Positions 34,569 through 46,656 of a stretch of 64,000 bases of DNA are shown one piece after another. The DNA is from Macrostomum lignano (taxonomy: Eukaryota). The stretch spans positions 1 to 64,000 of the forward strand of contig NIVC01003831.1 in NCBI GenBank assembly GCA_002269645.1. Reading direction: 5' to 3'. Every line of letters starts with the position of its first letter. The first letter of the stretch is position 1. Under the pieces are notes generated by a model that saw only the letters and a program-made list of their open reading frames with translations, was not told where the DNA came from and did no database searches. The position numbers and the translations under genes were made by a program.

Positions 34569-37500
34569 GTGCCTACCCATACAGTCCATCACCCCACTGT
34601 AACCAGCTAATTACCTTTTGCCCCGCCCAGATACTCGCGACCGCTGCACATAATCGAAGGCCCCCTGATGCGCGGCATGTCCATAGTAGGCGATCTGTTC
34701 GGCTCTGGCAAGATGTTCCTGCCGCAGGTGATCAAATCGGCCAGGGTGATGAAGAAGGCCGTGGGCCATCTGGTGCCATTTATGGAGGCTGAGCGGCTCG
34801 CCGCCTGCGCCAGCAGCGGAGTGGAAGACGATGGCCAGCCAAAGTACGCCGGGACCGTGATTATGGCGACAGTGAAGGGCGACGTGCACGACATTGGCAA
34901 GAATATTGTGTCGGTGGTGCTTGGCTGCAATAATTACAAAGTGGTCGATCTCGGCGTTATGACGCCGTGCGAACGGATTCTAGAGGCGGCGATGAGCGAG
35001 CGGGCCGACATTATTGGCCTGTCCGGATTAATCACTCCGTCGCTAGATGAAATGATTCACGTTGCTAGGTAAGATGGAGTTTTTGCAAGCATTGCATTGA
35101 ATTATAAGATGACGAGGCACTTTAGTGTCCATTTGCAGTCTTAGTTGCTCTCGCTGCTTACCCAACAATGTGCTGCAATCTGTCCTAATAAGATGCCGAG
35201 GCACTTTAGTGTCTGTTCACAGTCATAGTTACTCACGCTGCTTACCCAAAGTATGTGATTTGATCTATTCTAATAAGCTGACGAGGCACTTCAAGATCTG
35301 TTAACAATCAAGTTGCTCCCGTTGCTTACCTGATGCATTTATGATTTGGTCTGTCGGAATAAAAAAGAACAAACAATTTTGTATTTTGTACACAATTTTC
35401 AGAGAGATGCAACGCTGCGGCATGACAATGCCTCTATTAATTGGCGGCGCAACCACCAGCCGGCAGCACACGGCTGTGAAAATTGCACCCCGCTACACTA
35501 CCTCGCCAGTTGTGCACGTGGCCGACGCTTCTAAAGCTGTTGTGGTTGTCGGAGCCCTGCTAGATAGTCAGATGAGCTTGGACTTTGCGGAGGAAACGGC
35601 CGAAGAGTACGCTGTTATTCGGGATGAGCACTATGCCGGACTGCAGGTATGAATAAAAGTACATTCTGATCTTTTTTACATGCCTACCTGTATCATACTT
35701 GACTCCTGCTGTTTAGCGCTAGTATAATCAGGTGACGAGGCATTAAAACCACAGCAGACAGGTAGGTTACTCCTGCTGTTTACCCAGAAGATCTAGGAAA
35801 CTAAGTCTATTTAGATGACGAGGCATTTGGCTTTTGTAAGACAGACATAGTTACTCCTGCTGCTTACCCACAGGAGCGTCGCTACTACAGTCTGAAGGAC
35901 GCCAGACAGCGCAAGCCGGTCATTGACTGGAGCAGCCACTCACCAGTTCGCCCGACCTTCCTTGGCGTGCGCCACTGGTCCGACTGGGACCTCAATGAGC
36001 TGCTGCCCTACATCGACTGGAAGCCGTTCTTCGACGTCTGGCAGCTTCGCGGCCGCTATCCTAATCGAGGCTATCCGGCCATCTTCCGCGACGAAAGAGT
36101 TGGCGCACAGGCCAAGCAGGTGTTCGACGATGCCCAGGTGAGAGAACTAATCAACCATGAAGTCCTAATCCTTGCTTTGGTTCATAGATGAAGTCCAATG
36201 TGGGTTTTCGGCATCTACATGTAGGTTTTACGCCCGCGGGCCACATGCGGCCCACAAAGCCGGTTCCTTTGAGTCTTCACAAGAGTAATACGGCCCGCTC
36301 AATGTTCATGTGTCTCTTTTCAGATTTTTCTCCCCTCTCTCCTCTCCCCTCTTTCCTCTCCCCTCTCTCCTCTCCTTTCCCCTCTCTCCTCTCCCCTCTC
36401 CTCTCCTCTCCCCTCTCTCCTCTCCCCTCTTTCCTCTCCCCTCTCTCCTCTCCTCTCTCCTCTCCTCTCTCCTCTCTCCTCTCCCCTCTCTCCTCTCCCC
36501 TCTCTCCTCTCCTCTCTCCTCTCTCATCTCCCCTTTCCTCTCTCCTGTCCTTTCTCCTCTCTCCCCTCTCTCCCCTCTTCCTTCTCCCCTCTCCCCTCTC
36601 CTCTCTTTTCTCCTCTATCCCTTCTCCTCTCTCCCCTCTCCTCTCTCCTCTCTCCTCTCCCATCCCTCTCTTCCCTCTCCCTTCTCGTCTCCTCTCTCCT
36701 CTCCCCTCTCCTCTCTCCTCCCCTCTATTATCTCCTCTTTCCCCTCTCCCCCTTCTCTTTCCTCTCTCCTCTCCTGTCTCCCATCTTCTCTCTTTTTCCC
36801 CTCTTTCCCTTCATTCTCCCCTCTCCTGTCTCCCCTCTTCTCTCATCTGTTCTCTAATCTCTTTTCTACGAGCTCGTTTTCCCTCTCTTTTCCTCTCTCA
36901 CCTGGCCCGCAGCCATGAGCTGGTTTCTTTATCTGGCCCTTGTGGTAAATAAGTTCGCCGACCCCTGGTTAAAAACGTTACTGCGACAAGAACTGCTAAA
37001 GAGTGATGGCAAACAAACAATTCACTAGTTGACCTCTAGCAACTCCAAGGCAACTCTTGTGACTTTTTAGCGACTCAAACGACTGAGTGCATCACGGGAG
37101 TTGTAGAATCTTAAAATAGTCTCGAAAAAGTTGTCCAATAGACATCTAGTCGTTTAGAGTCGTCTAGAGTCGCTTCTTTCCTATTTTACCCAGGTGTTAC
37201 CTGCAACAACTCTGTCGCGCTTTTTGGCCTAGGTACTGTTTTCATCGGGCTAAATGTTAAATCCCCACCCCCCTAATTGCCAGGCCCTGCTAGCCAGAAT
37301 TATCAAAGAGAAGCTGCTCCGAGCCGCCGCCAGCGTAGCCTTTTATCCCGCCTACGCCGAAGGCGACGACATTGTGCTGACTAAGCCGGAGGGCGACTCA
37401 AGCGACCGGCTGGCCTGCCTGCGTGGCCTCCGACAGCAGGCCGTGCGAGAGCAGCACGACTCCTGCGCCTCTATTAGCGACTTTGTGCGGCCAGGTTAGT

Positions 37501-40500
37501 GCCGGGTGGGGGAATTATTTTCGGGGATTTCTGCCTAGATGGGATATTATCCTGATTGGGAGGATTATTGGGAAATATGGAAGTATAGAATTGTTTGAGG
37601 TCGATTCTTATTTTGGGATTCCTAGATCTCTAAGAGAATATAATAGGATATTTCTGATTGTTGGGATATCTATCTGTAAGGGGATATTTTTGATTGTTGG
37701 GATTTCTATCTGTAAGGGGATATTTCTGATTGTTGGGATTTCTATCTGTAAGGGGATATTTTTGATTGTGGGGATTTCTATCTGTACGAGGATATGGGGA
37801 TTTCTATCTGTAAGGGGATATTTCTGATTGTTGGGATTTCTATCTGTAAGGGGATATTTCTGATTGTTGGGATTTCTATCTGTAAGGGGATATTTTTGAT
37901 TGTGGGGATTTCTATCTGTACGAGGATATGGGGATTTCTATCTGTAAGGGGATATTTCTGATTGTTGGGATTTCTATCTGTAAAGGGATATTTCTGATTG
38001 TTGGGATTTCTATCTGTAGGGGGATATTTCTGATTGTTGGGATTTCTATCTGTAAGGGGATATTTCTGATTGAAAGATTCCGTCTATTATGATCTTCGTC
38101 GATAAAGAGGATGAAGATGGTACTCGTATTTGACAAGGGATATAGTCTGTAAACTATTCTCCAGGCCCGCCCGAGTCCGGTGCCGAGCCGCTCGACTACG
38201 TCGGCGTTTTCGCCGTCACCGCCGGCCTCGGCTGCGACCAGCTGTGCGCCGAATTCGAGGCTGCTAGCGACGACTACAACAGCATCATGGCCAAGGCCCT
38301 GGCCGACCGCCTGGCCGAGGCCTTGGCCGAGAGGATGCACCTGCTGGTGCGCCACCGACTGTGGGGCTACGCTGATGGCGGCGCGGAGGCCGCAACCGCA
38401 ACAGAGATTGACAATCTGAGCGCCGACGCAACGCAGGAACTGCTCAGGCAGCGGTGAGAGATCTGGGTTGCTAATCCCCGTTTCTGATCCCACCTGACCC
38501 AGTTTCTGATCCCACCTGACCCAGTTTCTGATCCCACCTGACCCAGTTTCTGATCCCACCTGACCCAGTTTCTGATCCCACTGACCCAGTTTCTGATCTC
38601 ACCTGACCCAGTTTCTGATCCCACCTGACCCAGTTTCTGATCCCACCTGACCCAGTTTCTGATCCCGCTGACCCAGTTTCTGATCCCACCTGACCCAGTT
38701 TCTGATCCCGCTGACCCAGTTTCTGATCCCGCTGACCCAGTTTCTGATCCCACCTGACCCAGTTTCTGATCCCACCTGACCCAGTTTCTGATCCCACCTG
38801 AACTAGTTTCTGATCTCACCTGACCCAGTTTCTGATCCCACCTGACCCAGTTTCTGATCCCACCTGACCCAGTTTCTGATCCCACCTGACCCAGTTTCTG
38901 ATCCCACTTTCTCCTACCGTCACTTCTACCCTTGGCCATCGTCCATCACTTGGCCATCGTCACTTTCTCCTACCTGACCCAGTTTCTGATCCCACCTGAC
39001 CCAGTTTCTGATCCCACCTGACCCAGTTTCTGATCCCGCTGAAAATTTTGCAGCTACGACGGCATCCGGCCGGCCCCAGGCTACCCGTCGCAGCCGGACC
39101 ACACTGAGAAGCGGACACTGTGGGAACTGGCCAAGCCTGAGCAGGTGGGCATTGAGCTGTCCGACACTCTGGCCATGATGCCGGCCGCCTCTGTCAGCGG
39201 CGTCTACCTGGCGCATCCGCAGTCCTACTACTTTGCTGTTGGCAAGATTGAGAAGGATCAGGTGAGTCTGGGGTGGGAGAGGTTGCCGCTGTACTTAAAG
39301 GTAGAGTGACGGTAGGAGAAAGGTAGAGGGAGGGTAGGAGAAAGGTAGAGGGAGGGTAGGAGAAAGGTAGAGTGAGGGTAGGAGAAAGGTAGAGTGACGG
39401 TAGGAGAAAGGTAGAGTGACGGTATGAGAAAGGTAGAATGACGGTAGGAGAAAGGTAGAGTGAGGGTAGGAGAAAGGTAGAGTGAGGGTAGGAGAAAGGT
39501 AGAGTGACGGTAGGAGAAAGGTAGAGTGAGGGTAGGAGAAAGGTAGAGGGAGGGTAGGAGAAAGGTAGAGGAAGGGTAGAAGAAAGGTAGAGTGAGGGTA
39601 GGAGAAAGGTAGAGTGAGGGTAGGAGAAAGGTAGAGTGAGGGCAGGAGAAAGGTAAAGTGAGGGTAGGAGAAAGGTAGAATGAGGGTAGGAGAAAGGTAG
39701 AGTGAGGGTAGGAGAAAGGTAGAATGACGGTAGGAGAAAGGTAGAGTGAGGGCAGGAGAAAGGTAGAGTGAGGGTAGGAGAAAGGTAGAGTGAGGGTAGG
39801 AGAAGTAGACATAGAAACTGTGAGAAGAGAGTTGATTTCTTAACCCCGTCATCACTAAAATCCTTACCCAAATTACAAAATGTTTAGCAACTAGAATTTC
39901 TTCAAATTATAATACCTCTGGGGTTAGGCGCAAAAAACTTGTAAGCGTAAAGGTCTTTGCAAAATTTTGTTGCCCTTATTTCCAATGGAATTTATTGGTG
40001 AAATAATTTTCACCGCGTGTAGTCAAACCGGTTTTCCACCGCTCCTGCAAAAAAATTCGGTTAAAATTATAACAAGAAAGTTTGCAATGCCCTCTACGCA
40101 GTTGATAGCGAAGGTCAGTGCGTGTGTTTGGCCGGGAGTCTTCCCGCTCTTGCTAAGTGTGAATTTTTAGCCACGTGTCTGGCCGGAATTTTCTGTCACA
40201 GGCCGCCTGTTGGAAAACAGTGACTGACTTACTGACTGACTGTACGCTGGAGAAAATTTCCGTACAAATATTCCTTTAGATAAAAAGATAAGAACGGGTT
40301 ACACCGCGCCCTGTGCGGATTCCACCGCGACTGCAGATTATTATTAAACTGGATTGTCTGAGTTCAACTCCTGACTGTAACTGCTTCTCACTGTGTACTC
40401 TACATAAAAAATTGGCTAGTTATATTTCACCTAGTTATATCTATCTATCTCACCCATTCTCAAATTTATCTCACCATTTCTGGAATCTATCTCATCCCGT

Positions 40501-41258
40501 TCTGGAATCTATCTCACCCTTTCTGGAATCTATCTCACCCTTTCTGGAATCTATCTCGCCCTTTCTCGAATCTTTATCTCACCCTTTCTCGAATGTATAT
40601 CTCACCCTTTCTCGAATCTATCTCACCCTTTCTGGAATCTATCTCGCCCTTTCTGGAATCTATCTCACCCTTTCTCGAATCTATCTCATCCCGTTCTCGA
40701 ATCTATCTCACTCTTTCTCGAATCTATCTCACCCTTTCTGGAATCTATCTCGCCCTTTCTCGAATCTTTATCTCACCCTTTCTCGAATGTATATCTCACC
40801 CTTTCTCGAATCTATCTCACCCTTTCTGGAATCTATCTCGCCCTTTCTGGAATCTATCTCACCCTTTCTCGAATCTATCTCATCCCGTTCTCGAATCTAT
40901 CTCACTCTTTCTCGAATCTATCTCACCCTTTCTGGAATCTATCTCATCCCGTTCTCGAATCTATCTCACCCTTTCTCGAATCTATCTCACCTTTTCTCGA
41001 ATCTATATCTCACCCTTTCTCGAATCTATATCTCACCCTTCTCAAATCTATCTCACCCTTTCTCGAATCTATCTCACTTATTTCAGATCTATCCCAACCC
41101 AACTGAAATCTATCTCACCAATCTCAACATCCATCTCACCCACCTATCTCACCTCTCCCCTACTTGCACAGGTGGAGGACTACGCCAGTCGTAAGGGCAT
41201 CAGCGTTGATGAAGCCGAGCGGCAGCTGGGCACAATTCTGGCTTACAGTGACGAATAA
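28989..41258 (+). CDS. MTR: Cobalamin-dependent methionine synthase, 12 coding exons, 1275 aa
   Basis: Exons 28989-29195, 29550-29855, 30469-31164, 31700-32044, 33177-33709, 34631-35068, 35403-35646, 35874-36137, 37284-37494, 38165-38453, 39054-39261, 41172-41258 sum to 3828 nt. Motifs: DGAMGT, GLNCALG/GGCCG (Zn), pterin-binding domain, GDVHDIG and SGL (B12), RPAPGYP (AdoMet domain). Confidence 0.97.
29265..29480. repeat. 27-bp minisatellite in MTR intron 1
   Basis: CAGCATCCCCCTTGAGCCATGGCCCCT units. Confidence 0.85.
30049..30268 (-). mobile_element. MITE related to the intron-4 element (CATACATGCG termini)
   Basis: Left CATGCGCAACC, right CGCATGTATG; shared subterminal AAGTCGCAAAATGCC in reverse orientation; flanks ATAATGAA and ATAGTGAA (8-bp TSD, 1 mismatch). 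Confidence 0.6.
31255..31690. repeat. 23-bp minisatellite in MTR intron 3
   Basis: ATACCACACCCAGAATCGCCCCC units running up to the acceptor at 31699. Confidence 0.95.
32400..33040. repeat. 23-bp minisatellite in MTR intron 4, interrupted by a MITE
   Basis: TTTAGGATGCTAGTTTAGGTAGA units. Confidence 0.9.
32565..32857. mobile_element. 293-bp MITE with 14-bp TIR and 8-bp TSD (P- or hAT-type)
   Basis: CATACATGCGCAAC...GTTGCGCATGTATG; TTTAGGAT on both sides. Confidence 0.85.
33740..34570. repeat. (TCTG)n microsatellite filling MTR intron 5
   Basis: Direct observation. Confidence 0.97.
36230..36967 (+). mobile_element. hAT-like MITE with CT-rich interior in MTR intron 8
   Basis: GCCCGCGGGCCACATGCGGCCC subterminal motif; right end GTTCGCCGACCCCTG is the inverse of CAGGGGTCGGCGAAC. 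Confidence 0.6.
37640..38070. repeat. 36-bp minisatellite in MTR intron 9
   Basis: GATTTCTATCTGTAAGGGGATATTTCTGATTGTTGG units. Confidence 0.95.
38480..39040. repeat. 22-bp minisatellite in MTR intron 10
   Basis: TTTCTGATCCCACCTGACCCAG units. Confidence 0.95.
39300..39805. repeat. 22-bp purine-rich minisatellite in MTR intron 11
   Basis: GGTAGGAGAAAGGTAGAGTGAG units. Confidence 0.95.
40440..41085. repeat. 21-bp pyrimidine-rich minisatellite in MTR intron 11
   Basis: TCTATCTCACCCTTTCTCGAA units. Confidence 0.95.
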
Positions 41259-42949
41259 ATGAACTCATTTGACCGAAACTGTTTGATCGCATTAAATTTA
41301 TACTTGTATTACTCGTTTTTCCTTACTGCTATTAACTATTGTTTGTAGACGTAGCCGAGCCTAACATTTCTAAGCTTCTGGTCAATAGCGCGGTACTGGT
41401 TGCTATTACGAGTATGTTAATAATTTGAGCATTCTCTCTGTGTGTTTTCGGAGTCTCACACAAAGTTTTTGATTAATTTGATTGAAAAATAACTCAATCA
41501 AGCCACTTTTTTAATGAGAGATTTTAAATGCTACTTACTAGAAATATGCGCTAGTAGTGCGATTGCGCATCTATCTAATTTCGTAAAAAGTGTATTGATT
41601 CAACTTCCGTGCCTTTAATTGTTACCTGTAGGTCATTCCGGAATCGTTTAGATCTGTTCGATCTTAATGCGAGTAAGTAATTTGATTAGATTGTTGCAAA
41701 ATAAACAATTTCAGAATTTAACAGTCATTAAGTTAAAGTGACTGTCTGTTTTGGCATTGGTCAAATTCCAACTGTAATACAAGAATGTGACTCTTATTTT
41801 AAGTTATTAAAAATCTAGAATTTAGTTTCAACTTTCTGTAGGGTACATGTTGCCTGCAGAATTCACAATTCGAATTATTCTTAAGATTCTGAATTCAGAT
41901 CGCATGCATGAACTCTGGATTCTGAGGATGAATCACAGATTCTAAAGATTTCACCTACACCCTCTTTTTTCCCTTTTCCGCATCCCCGCCTTGCCCTCCC
42001 CATCTCCACCTCTCGTATCTCCCATCTCCACTCTCCCATCTCCCATCTCCACCTCTCTCATCTCCCATCTCCACCTCTCTCATCTCCCATCTCCACCTCT
42101 CGCCTCTCCCATCCTCACCTCTCCATTTTCCATCTCCACTTCTTCCCTCGCCCCAGCTTCTCTCCCCCGCCTCCCCCCAAGCCCCCCTCCTTTAGCTTCG
42201 GCCTGCTGTCGTCGCCTCATGACCTCGCCTCTACAGGAACTCTGGGTATACTGAGTTATTCATTGTGTGGAAATGCCGGCTGTTGGGATTTCGTACATGT
42301 GCAAGGCCTACTAAAGTAGCACAGGGAGAAGGGATCGAGGTCCCAGTAACTCCCCTCTACACTGTCTATGGCTCAGCTCGGTGACAGGTTCAAAAAGTAC
42401 AAAATGGATCAACAATGAAGTCGGCCAGTGCAAATCTGATTGCTATAATTATTTATGAATATCTGCATTTATACCAACTTTATGGCGCAAAGTGTAATGC
42501 GCAATACAATGCGGTACTCGTTTAGACACATTTTTATTGCATCGACAATGAGTACGTAAAAAGGAAAGAGCTCAGATTTTTGAGTGCATTAAAATCCGCG
42601 TAATTCCGCGACAGCCTTCTCAAATAACAAGTTTACTTTTTGTTGTGTACGCAGTAAAACTGATGATAATAACTGCTTTGGTCTTTTGTTTTGCATAACT
42701 AAATAAGCGGCGTGTTATTTCTTAAGTGCAAAATATTCCCAATTAAATTGTTAAGTGACGAATGGAAATATGATACAAATTTAATTAGTTAGAGTGTAAT
42801 AATTGATCAATATAAAGTACAAAATTAATCCAATATAGAACGACTGTAGAATGCGGTGCGACTTCGTTTTAACGATTGGCTGTGGGTTGAGATTGAGACT
42901 ATTGCGAGTTTAGAATGTATATAGCGAGCACTCAAGCGAAACCATGGAG

Positions 42950-44480
42950 GGGTCACAACACCTGCAGAACGGTCACAACACCCGAGGAGGGGTCACAGCA
43001 CCCGAGGAGGGGTCACAGCACCCGAGGAGGGGTCACAGCACCCGAGGAGGGGTCACAGCACCCGAGGAGGGGTCACAGCACCCGAGGAGGGGTCACAGCA
43101 CCCGAGGAGGGGTCACAGCACCCGAGGAGGGGTCACAGCACCCGAGGAGGGGTCACAGCACCCGAGGAGGGGTCACAACACCCGAGGAGGGGTCACAGCA
43201 CCCGAAGAGGGGTCACAACACCCGAGGAGGGGTCACAGCACCCGAGGAGGGGTCACAGCACCCGAGGAGGGGTCACAACACTCGAGGAGGGGTCACAGCA
43301 CCCGAGGAGGGGTCACAACACCCGAGGAGGGGTCACAACACCCGAGGAGGGGTCACAGCACCCGAGGAGGGGTCACAACACCCGAGGAGGGGTCACAACA
43401 CCCGAGGAGGGGTCACAACACCCGAGGAGGGGTCACAACACCCGAGGAGGGGTCACAACACCCGAGGAGGGGTCACAGCACCCGAGGAGGGGTCACAGCA
43501 CCCGAGGAGGGGTCACAGCACCCGAGGAGGGGTCACAGCACCCGAGGAGGGGTCACAGCACCCGAGGAGGGGTCACAGCACCCGAGGAGGGGTCACAACA
43601 CCCGAGGAGGGGTCACAGCACCCGAAGAGGGGTCACAACACCCGAGGAGGGGTCACAGCACCCGAGGAGGGGTCACAGCACCCGAGGAGGGGTCACAACA
43701 CCCGAGGAGGGGTCACAGCACCCGAAGAGGGGTCACAACACCCGAGGAGGGGTCACAGCACCCGAGGAGGGGTCACAGCACCCGAGGAGGGGTCACAACA
43801 CCCGAGGAGGGGTCACAGCACCCGAGGAGGGGTCACAACACCCGAGGAGGGGTCACAACACCCGAGGAGGGGTCACAGCACCCGAGGAGGGGTCACAACA
43901 CCCGAGGAGGGGTCACAACACCCGAGGAGGGGTCACAACACCCGAGGAGGGGTCACAACACCCGAGGAGGGGTCACAACACCCGAGGAGGGGTCACAGCA
44001 CCCGAGGAGGGGTCACAGCACCCGAGGAGGGGTCACAGCACCCGAGGAGGGGTCACAGCACCCGAGGAGGGGTCACAGCACCCGAGGAGGGGTCACAGCA
44101 CCCGAGGAGGGGTCACAACACCCGAGGAGGGGTCACAACACCCGAGGAGGGGTCACAACACCCGAGGAGGGGTCACAGCACCCGAGGAGGGGTCACAACA
44201 CCCGAGGAGGGGTCACAACAGCCGAGGAGGGGTCACAACACCCGAGGAGGGGTCACAGCACCCGAGGAGGGGTCACAGCACCCGAGGAGGGGTCACAGCA
44301 CCCGAGGAGGGGTCACAGCACCCGAGGAGGGGTCACAGCACCCGAGGAGGGGTCACAGCACCCGAGGAGGGGTCACAGCACCCGAGGAGGGGTCACAGCA
44401 CCCGAGGAGGGGTCACAGCACCCGAGGAGGGGTCACAGCACCCGAGGAGGGGTCACAACACCCAAAGAAGAGTCACACCC
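42950..44480. repeat. 20-bp minisatellite, about 75 copies
   Basis: CCCGAGGAGGGGTCACAGCA and ...ACA variants. Confidence 0.97.
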
Positions 44481-44585
44481 CGAGGTTAGTAGATATAGTA
44501 AAAAAGGGAAGGGCCGCCCTGATCTCGGCATGGGACCACACAGTGAGAGCCGGACGCAGCCGGGTGTCCCGCAGCCCTTCCTCAC

Positions 44586-46656
44586 TCAGTAGGGCAGGTA
44601 GACATGCGAGCTGAACTTCGGCACGGCGTCCTTGAGCCGCCTGTGGCAGTCCAGAATGATCATCTGCCTGTGCCGGCTGGGGTCAATCATCGGCTCCACC
44701 ATCTGGCTGGGGGCGTCAACCGACATCGCGCGGAAGTCGTGGTACCTGGCCAGACTCCAGTAGGGCACTCCGTGATGCGCAGTCAGCAGGGGCTGCTGCG
44801 GCGGCTTCTGACCGCCCTCTGCACCGACCTGCTTTGCTGCTTCGTCGACGCACAGCACCGGAGTAGCCAACTTGACAGACGACTGGCTGACTTTTGACAG
44901 CTGGGTCTGTCCCGTCTGCTTGTCCTGCTGCTGCTGCGATTGCTTCTAGAGCGGGAAATCGGGCTGTCTGATGCGCGCTTGACTACTGACTTGTACAGTT
45001 TGGATAGTAGTCGTAGTAGTGGTAGACAATTTAAAGTTCCTTGTCCATGTAAATTTTTTTAATTTTTATCTACTCGCTCATAAACTCATCTATGAACTCA
45101 CTCATGAACTCACCCATGAACTCACTCATGAAATCACCCATGAGGTCACTCATGAACTAACTTTTTAACTCACTCATCAACTCACCCATGAACTCACTCA
45201 TGAATTCACTCATGAACTCACTCATGAAATCACCCATGAGATCACTCATGAAATCACCCATGAGATCACTCATGAAATCACCCATGAGATCACTCATGTA
45301 CTCAATAATGAACTCAATCATGAACTCACTCATGAAATCACCCATGAGATCACTCATGAAATCACCCATGAGATCACTCATGAACTCAATAATGAACTCA
45401 ATCATGAACTCACTCATGAAATCACCCATGAGATCACTCATGAAGTCACCCATGAACTCGTTCACTATCTCACATATGAGATCACCCATAAAACCACTCA
45501 TGAGCTGATGCACTCACCGCATTGTTGGAATTTTTTTGCTTTTGATCACCCGCCAAAACTTCCGGTGTGGGCAGCTTAAACTGATTGTTAGTCTGCCTGC
45601 AGGCCATCTGCTTCTGCTGCTGCTCTTGCTTTTGCTGCTTCTCTTGCTTCTGCTGCTTCTCTTGCTTTTGGAGCTTCTCTTGCTTTTGCAGCTTCTCTTG
45701 CTTTTGCTGCTTCTCTTGCTTCTGCTGCTGCTCTTGCTTCTGCTGCTGCTCTTGCTTCTGCTTCTGCTCTGGCGTTTGGTGTTTCCGCTTTCGTTGTTGT
45801 GTATTTTCCAGTGTTAAAGACGTATCCAGCTGGTGGTCCCAGAGGGAGCAGTCCTGCTGCAGGGCTGGTAGTGTGCGGTCGAAATATCATAAATGATTAT
45901 CCAAAATAAGAAGCCAAATGAGAATCCAAATGAGAATCCAAATGAGAATCCAAATGAGAATCTAAATGAGAATCCAAAATGAGAATCTAAATGAGAATCC
46001 AAATGAGAATCCAAATGAGACTCCAAATGAGAATCCAAATGAGAATTCAAATGAGAATCCAAATGAGACTCCAAATGAGAATCTAAATGAGAATCCAAAT
46101 GAGAATCCAAATGGGAAGCCAAATGAGAATCCAAATGAATCCAAATGAGAATCCAAATGAGAATCCAAATGAGAATCCAAATGAGAATCCAAATGAGAAT
46201 CCAAATGAATCCAAATGAGACTCCAAATTAGAATCCAAGTGAGAATCCAAATGAGACTCCAAATGAGAATCCAAGTGAGAATAAAATTAGAATGCTCAGC
46301 TCTCACCAGTCAGCGGCAGAATCATCTTATTGCACATGTTCATCAGGCTGATCATGAAATCCGTGTTACTGCTGCAAATTTCAGGTGCTCTGCCACCAGT
46401 TCTGCCGCAGTCGTTGCGTTTGTGCTGGCGCAGCTCCGTGCTTGCAGGCGCTTCTGCCTCAGCCTGATAATTGGATTTCAATTGAGTGGATGTTTAACCT
46501 GGCCTTTATCCACCTCAGCATCAGCACAATAAACAGGTGCCAACCCGAACAGCTCGCACTCACCCGTTCAAAAGCGGCAACTCCGACATCGGGCTGAGCC
46601 GGTGTCAGGCGGAACAGCGAATTGACGGACAAGCTGCACAGGTGGGACATGGCTCT
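44586..46656 (-). CDS. Putative multi-exon gene of unknown function (Ala/Glu/Arg/Lys repeat exon); 5' part not located
   Basis: Phase-compatible candidate exons 46564-46656, 46307-46463, 45597-45856 (needs a GC donor) and 44586-44945 ending in a stop; no recognisable domain. Confidence 0.45.
45090..45500. repeat. 12-bp minisatellite (CATGAACTCACT-like)
   Basis: Direct observation. Confidence 0.9.
45910..46280. repeat. 12-bp minisatellite (CCAAATGAGAAT)
   Basis: Direct observation. Confidence 0.9.

Noticed and set aside
33710-34630. SVCL/DRQT-repeat ORFs here and at 46537-47398 and 55548-55757
   Set aside because: (TCTG)n/(GACA)n microsatellites are stop-free by composition.
39194-41171. 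ORFs of 180-290 aa in MTR intron 11
   Set aside because: Products of 21-22-bp tandem repeats; only the last 87 nt of ORF 40593-41258 is the true terminal exon.
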